The position numbers and the translations under genes were made by a program. Positions 59,680 to 62,499 of a stretch of 62,499 bases of DNA are shown piece after piece. Under the pieces are notes generated by a model. The model was not told the origin of the DNA and did not search any database. It worked only from the letters and a program-made list of their open reading frames with translations. The stretch's first letter is position 1, and the number at the start of each line of letters is the position of its first letter. The DNA lies in the IMG/VR virus record IMGVR_UViG_3300042504_001487, positions 1 through 62,499 of that record; one strand, given 5' to 3'. This stretch comes from a virus. Its lineage: Duplodnaviria; Caudoviricetes.

Positions 59680-60783
59680 TCATGCGCGATTGACATAGTC
59701 CTCGTGGACGTACACGGTTCCGATTCGTCCGCCCATGTCCACCTCGAACGCATCGGAGCGCAGGATGTACTCGTTTGAACGGTTACAATAGACGACATCG
59801 TCGTCGTCGTCCGCGTAGTACTCGCCACCGACGCAGACAACGCTGTCCTCGTCTCTCCATTCACCGTCAGCGCATTGCACTTGACCAGCATGCTGGTCAA
59901 CCTCGGTACGGTCTCCATCCGTGCAGTCGAGCAAGTGAGACGCGCCTTCCTCATCGTTTGAATTATAGACCCTGCCGTCATCAGTCATCGAGCGGAAGGT
60001 GTCCAGATAAGGCCAGAACTCCACGCTGCCGAGGCTGGACGTACGATCAACGTACAAGGCATCCTTTGAGAACCGGCGTTCTGTACCGTCGGCGAGAACG
60101 TATTCAGTGAAACAGCCGTTGTTTTGTTGCGCTTTGCGGGTCCATCCCTGTTCCGCCGCATAGCGGAAAAATGCTTCCGAGACTTCAGGGGAATCAGCGT
60201 AAACCCTGTCCATGAGGGGCGTGTCCAGATTCGCGACCTTATCCCATACGATAGCGCGTCCCCGGTATTGCTTGGAATCGCGCACGACAAGAACGCGGCA
60301 GGGATAGCAGGCGTAAAATTCGGCAACAGGCTCATCCCACATGCACGAAGTGATTTTACCGTCTTGGAAGTTAGCTTCCTTGTACGCTTGCTCAAAATCG
60401 ACAAACTCAAAACTGAGTTTTCCGCTTTCCTCGCTCGCTCTAAACTTAGTCGCGAAGTCGGCGAAAACGTGGTCCGGGATTCGTTTAGCGAGTCGGGGGG
60501 CGAGGATGGAGCGCAGCCATTTAGCAGGCTTAATTCCTTGCCGTCCTTCGCGCTTCCACGAGCCATCCGTGTTGATCTGCTGGACACGGCCTGCTGGCAT
60601 GTACGTGATAAGACCTTCAGCCTCGCGAAGCGTAAAATAATCGCCCATGGGTGAAGGGTTCAAGAGGCGCGACTTCTTACCGGCAGCGATGCGCGAAAGG
60701 GCGCGATTGACGAGACGGCAGCATGGCGAAGATTCGCCGAGTTCAGAGAGGAGATTCCTGAGGGATGTGGATAGCGTTATCAT
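59680..60783 (-). CDS. Conserved early phage protein with SCM motif and acidic Cys-containing tail
   Basis: SCMW...GRAIVW...MDRVY...WPYLDTF. Confidence 0.7.
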   Translation of the reverse strand: MITLSTSLRNLLSELGESSPCCRLVNRALSRIAAGKKSRLLNPSPMGDYFTLREAEGLITYMPAGRVQQINTDGSWKREGRQGIKPAKWLRSILAPRLAKRIPDHVFADFATKFRASEESGKLSFEFVDFEQAYKEANFQDGKITSCMWDEPVAEFYACYPCRVLVVRDSKQYRGRAIVWDKVANLDTPLMDRVYADSPEVSEAFFRYAAEQGWTRKAQQNNGCFTEYVLADGTERRFSKDALYVDRTSSLGSVEFWPYLDTFRSMTDDGRVYNSNDEEGASHLLDCTDGDRTEVDQHAGQVQCADGEWRDEDSVVCVGGEYYADDDDDVVYCNRSNEYILRSDAFEVDMGGRIGTVYVHEDYVNRA

Positions 60784-61015
60784 ATCGTTTTAGTTTTGGG
60801 TTGAGGGCTAGCGGGTTAAAGCTAGCGGCTGAATATTTACAGTACGCCGGGGAGGGTGTCAACGGCCAAAACTATATATTTTGCATATAGCCGGCTTGAA
60901 GGGCGAATCTTTCCTGTCTGGCTAGTTAATCTGTACTCCCTTTTATAGTACGAGAATATTTATGATTATATTATATAAAATAATCAAAGAAAAAGAAAAA
61001 GAGGGGAGACCATTA

Positions 61016-61081
61016 AAGCCACAAGCCACAAGCCACAAGCCACAAGTCGGGCTTGACCCGTGAAGGGGTTGCATATAGACT
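61016..61081 (+). promoter_or_regulatory. (AAGCCAC)x4 followed by promoter TTGACC-N17-TAGACT
   Basis: -10 box ends 9 nt before ATG 61091. Confidence 0.65.
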
Positions 61082-61090
61082 GTATGCCCT

Positions 61091-61411
61091 ATGACACCAG
61101 AACGCATATTACTGAACCTGCATTTAGTAACCCGTATCAGAATGGACAAAGTGAAGCTGCCCATGGGCAGCAGTCGCACTAAATGGATAAACGACGCCAT
61201 CCGTGAAAAGTTGGACAGGGACAACCCCGAGAGCGTGCATCCCATGGAGGGCGTTCAGCCCGTGCAGCGCATGGAGATCGTGAAGCCCGTGCAGCCCGTG
61301 GAGATCGTGAAGCCCGTGAAGCCCGTGGAGATCGTGAAGCACATGGAGGGCGATGACTTCTGGGGGGATGCCGAAAGGATGCGGGAACTGGTCAAACGTC
61401 ACGCGCGATAG
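61091..61411 (+). CDS. Ribbon-helix-helix-like protein with PV(E/K/Q) repeats and DDFWG
   Basis: LLNLHL...SRTKWINDAIREKL. Confidence 0.6.
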   Translation: MTPERILLNLHLVTRIRMDKVKLPMGSSRTKWINDAIREKLDRDNPESVHPMEGVQPVQRMEIVKPVQPVEIVKPVKPVEIVKHMEGDDFWGDAERMRELVKRHAR

Positions 61412-61505
61412 TGCTGGCGTTAGCACATGGAGGGGCGGCACGTTTCGCGCGTGCTGCCCCTTTTCGTGTCCTTGACGGGCTGCGGCGTGGTGGCATGGTG
61501 ACGGC

Positions 61506-62063
61506 ATGGCGAACACGTTAGCAACACCTTATTGGCCCGAAATACGCAGATTAGCAGAGCAGGGGGTTCCTCTCCCCAAGCTGGCGGAGGACTTTGGTCT
61601 CGCGGTTAATACGATATATAACAAGTCAGCCGCAGAGGACTGGCTCACGCCGTCACGGGTTAGAGCGAAGGTCGAAAAGTTAACCGTTCTAAAGCAAAAG
61701 CATATAGCGGGAAGCGGGGGAGACCCGCTTTTGGGGGGAAAAAGCATCGCCGAAAAATCAGAATCCCTGATTCTTGAGACGTGGGAGACCCGCGCCGCAG
61801 ACCTGCGTAATCTCAGCTACAACGTGGCGGTCGAAGCCATCCAAGCCGCAAAAGGGCAGATCGTAATCGAGAGCGCATCAGACCTTAAACATGCAGTTCA
61901 CGTTGCCCGGCAAGCTACTGGCATCCTAGATGCTGATGCGCCCCAGATTCAACTGAGTCTGTTTGCGAATCAGGACATATCCGGACCCGCAATTATGGAG
62001 GCTCAAACGTATGAGGCCGAGACATTGCAGCCAGTGTCAGAAGATGCTGATTTCTGGGGATAA
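61506..62063 (+). CDS. Probable terminase small subunit (N-terminal HTH); ends DADFWG
   Basis: WPEIRRLAEQGVPLPKLAEDFGLAVNTIYNKSAAEDW; adjacent to the terminal array. Confidence 0.6.
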   Translation: MANTLATPYWPEIRRLAEQGVPLPKLAEDFGLAVNTIYNKSAAEDWLTPSRVRAKVEKLTVLKQKHIAGSGGDPLLGGKSIAEKSESLILETWETRAADLRNLSYNVAVEAIQAAKGQIVIESASDLKHAVHVARQATGILDADAPQIQLSLFANQDISGPAIMEAQTYEAETLQPVSEDADFWG

Positions 62064-62119
62064 GTATGGGGATTCAACAAATCTCGGTACGCATTACCGT
62101 CGTTGTTTGTAGTTATTGC

Positions 62120-62499
62120 GGTGCAGCCGATAACCTGGTGCAGCCGGTGACCTGGTGCAGCCGGTGACCTGGTGCAGCCGGTGACCTGGTGCAGCCGATA
62201 ACCTGGTGCAGCCGATAACCTGGTGCAGCCGATAACCTGGTGCTGACCTGGTGCTGACCTGGTGCTGACCTGGTGCTGACCTGGTGCTGACCTGGTGCTG
62301 ACCTGGTGCTGCTGTTGACCTGGTGACCTGGTGACCTGGTGACCTGGTGCTGCTGTTGACCTGGTGACCTGGTGACCTGGTGACCTGGTGACCTGGTGAC
62401 CTGGTGCTGCTGTTGACCTGGTGACCTGGTGACCTGGTGACCTGGTGACCTGGTGACCTGGTGCTGCTGTTGACCTGGTGACCTGGTGACCTGGTGACC
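62120..62499. repeat. Right-end array: 17-mer TGCAGCCG(AT/GT)(A/G)ACCTGG, then 11-mer TGCTGACCTGG, then 8-mer TGACCTGG runs
   Basis: Directly visible; continues into position 1. Confidence 0.97.

Overview
The window looks like an essentially complete ~62.5 kb tailed dsDNA phage genome, broken within a TGACCTGG tandem array present at both ends. It is probably podovirus-like: there is a 4142-aa polyvalent/ejection-type protein and no obvious tape measure. The + strand 595-34159 carries early small genes, portal, scaffold, capsid, fibre/lectin modules, lysis genes, a collagen gene with modification enzymes, and the giant protein. The - strand 34137-60783 carries a Dps-like gene, glycosyl/methyltransferases, TerL, a replication module (SNF2 helicase, VRR-NUC, PolA, SSB, Cas4-like nuclease, primase), a DNA methylase and small early genes. 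The + strand 61091-62063 carries an RHH-like gene and a TerS-like gene. No integrase, tRNA, rRNA or CRISPR was recognised. The most notable observations are: (1) an acidic-FWG tail shared by at least 7 mostly unrelated non-virion proteins, with synonymous codon variation; (2) an attC-like site with matching cassette boundaries around the DNA methylase, but no integron integrase; (3) a collagen with Pro in the Y position next to an acetyltransferase, a GT2-TPR and a 2OG-Fe(II) oxygenase; (4) repeat-bounded swappable modules in the giant protein; (5) a quasi-palindromic terminal repeat array next to TerS; (6) widespread near-leaderless sigma70-type promoters. All annotations come from motif recognition by eye; no database searches were run.
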